DNA from: a virus
Lineage: Duplodnaviria > Caudoviricetes
Length of the DNA: 64,000 nt
IMG/VR virus record: IMGVR_UViG_3300032283_000551
Span: 1 to 64,000 of that record
Reading direction: 5' to 3' (one strand)
Shown one piece after another: positions 63,486 through 64,000 of the stretch. Position numbers and translations under genes: made by a program. Below the pieces are notes generated by a model. That model searched no databases, was not told where the DNA came from, and was given only the letters and a program-made list of their open reading frames with translations. Numbering within the stretch: position 1 is the first letter of the stretch; every line of letters begins with the position of its first letter.

Positions 63486-63575
63486 GGAATGGTGGCCGAG
63501 TGGTTTAAGGCTGCGGTTTACTAAACCGCCGAGGGTTTATCCCCTCCGTGGGTTCGAATCCCACCTATTCCTCCA
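63486..63575 (+). tRNA. tRNA-Ser(ACU) (A34 anticodon)
   Basis: GCGGT-TT ACT AA-ACCGC; D-, V- and T-arms nearly identical to the adjacent tRNA-Ser(UGA); CCA. Confidence 0.85.
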
Positions 63576-63598
63576 GTTTTATAAAAAGGATATAAAAC

Positions 63599-63763
63599 AT
63601 GTCTGGTTACTCTATTGATGTCTTTAAAAAAGCGGCATTTAATCATGAACTAGATAATGTATTATCATCTGAAGAACTAAAACAAAAGTTAGGATCCAAC
63701 CACACTATATTGGTTTCCTATCTTAAAGAACGTGTTAAAGAGATAGATAAACAATACAGTTAA
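63599..63763 (+). CDS. Small hypothetical protein (54 aa) within the tRNA array
   Basis: AAAGGA RBS; MSGYSIDVFKKAAFNHELD...KEIDKQYS; its stop abuts tRNA-Pro. Confidence 0.55.
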   Translation: MSGYSIDVFKKAAFNHELDNVLSSEELKQKLGSNHTILVSYLKERVKEIDKQYS

Positions 63764-63840
63764 CAGGGAATAGCTCAATCTGGTAGAGCGCTGCGTTTGG
63801 GACGCAAAGGTTGCAGGTTCGATTCCTGTTTCCCTGACCA
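63764..63840 (+). tRNA. tRNA-Pro(UGG)
   Basis: CAGGGAA/TTCCCTG-A-CCA; TGCG-TT TGG GA-CGCA. Confidence 0.93.
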
Positions 63841-63844
63841 TTTT

Positions 63845-63920
63845 GGGAGGTTAGCTCAGTTGGTAGAGCGTCACGTTTACACCGTGAATGTCATCGGTTC
63901 AAACCCGGTACCTCCTACCA
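63845..63920 (+). tRNA. tRNA-Val(UAC)
   Basis: TCACG-TT TAC AC-CGTGA, A73, CCA. Confidence 0.93.
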
Positions 63921-63927
63921 TTTTTAT

Positions 63928-64000
63928 TGCCTGATAGTTTAACGGTAGAACGCCGGTTTTTGGTGCCGGCTGTGTTGGTTCAAATCCAGCTCGGGCATCC
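63928..64000 (+). tRNA. tRNA-Gln(UUG), 3' end at window edge
   Basis: TGCCTGA/TCGGGCA-T-CC; CCGGT-TT TTG GT-GCCGG. Confidence 0.9.

Noticed and set aside
1-64000. CRISPR array
   Set aside because: All repeats found are in-frame coding repeats without unique spacers; no cas genes.

Overview
64-kb segment of a large, AT-rich T4-like (myovirus) bacteriophage genome, almost all on the + strand. Order: baseplate wedge and a VrlC/DUF4815-like protein split into two genes (1-10.2 kb); an extended array of Asn/Ser/Thr/Gly-rich tail-fibre and virion genes (10.4-30.3 kb) with a heme oxygenase plus PcyX-type bilin reductase pair embedded in it; the T4 core block gp13-gp23, with a GIY-YIG homing endonuclease and a probable internal head protein inserted between gp13 and gp14; gp3, uvsY, uvsW, gp55, gp47, gp46; a peptide deformylase homolog whose three catalytic motifs are degenerate; DenV-like and MazG-like genes; a sugar-nucleotide and glycosyltransferase cluster (probable DNA or virion hyperglycosylation with a uronic acid); gp45, gp44, gp62, regA; a short minus-strand island with an ArfA-like 45-aa ORF; and a tRNA array running off the right end. 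The array holds 17 tRNAs (including a rare Ser-ACU and two CAU tRNAs with minimal D-arms), one atypical tRNA-like gene with a UAU anticodon and three further structured ncRNA candidates. T4-type late promoters ((T/A)ATAAATA) and a family of sigma70-type TTGAC-N16/17-TA(T/A)(A/T)T promoters are visible, and two of the latter point antisense into gp16 and uvsW. All family assignments come from motif recognition by eye and all RNA folds were paired by hand; no searches or folding programs were run. The host is unknown; hemO-pcyX suggests a non-cyanobacterial, possibly alphaproteobacterial host (inference).
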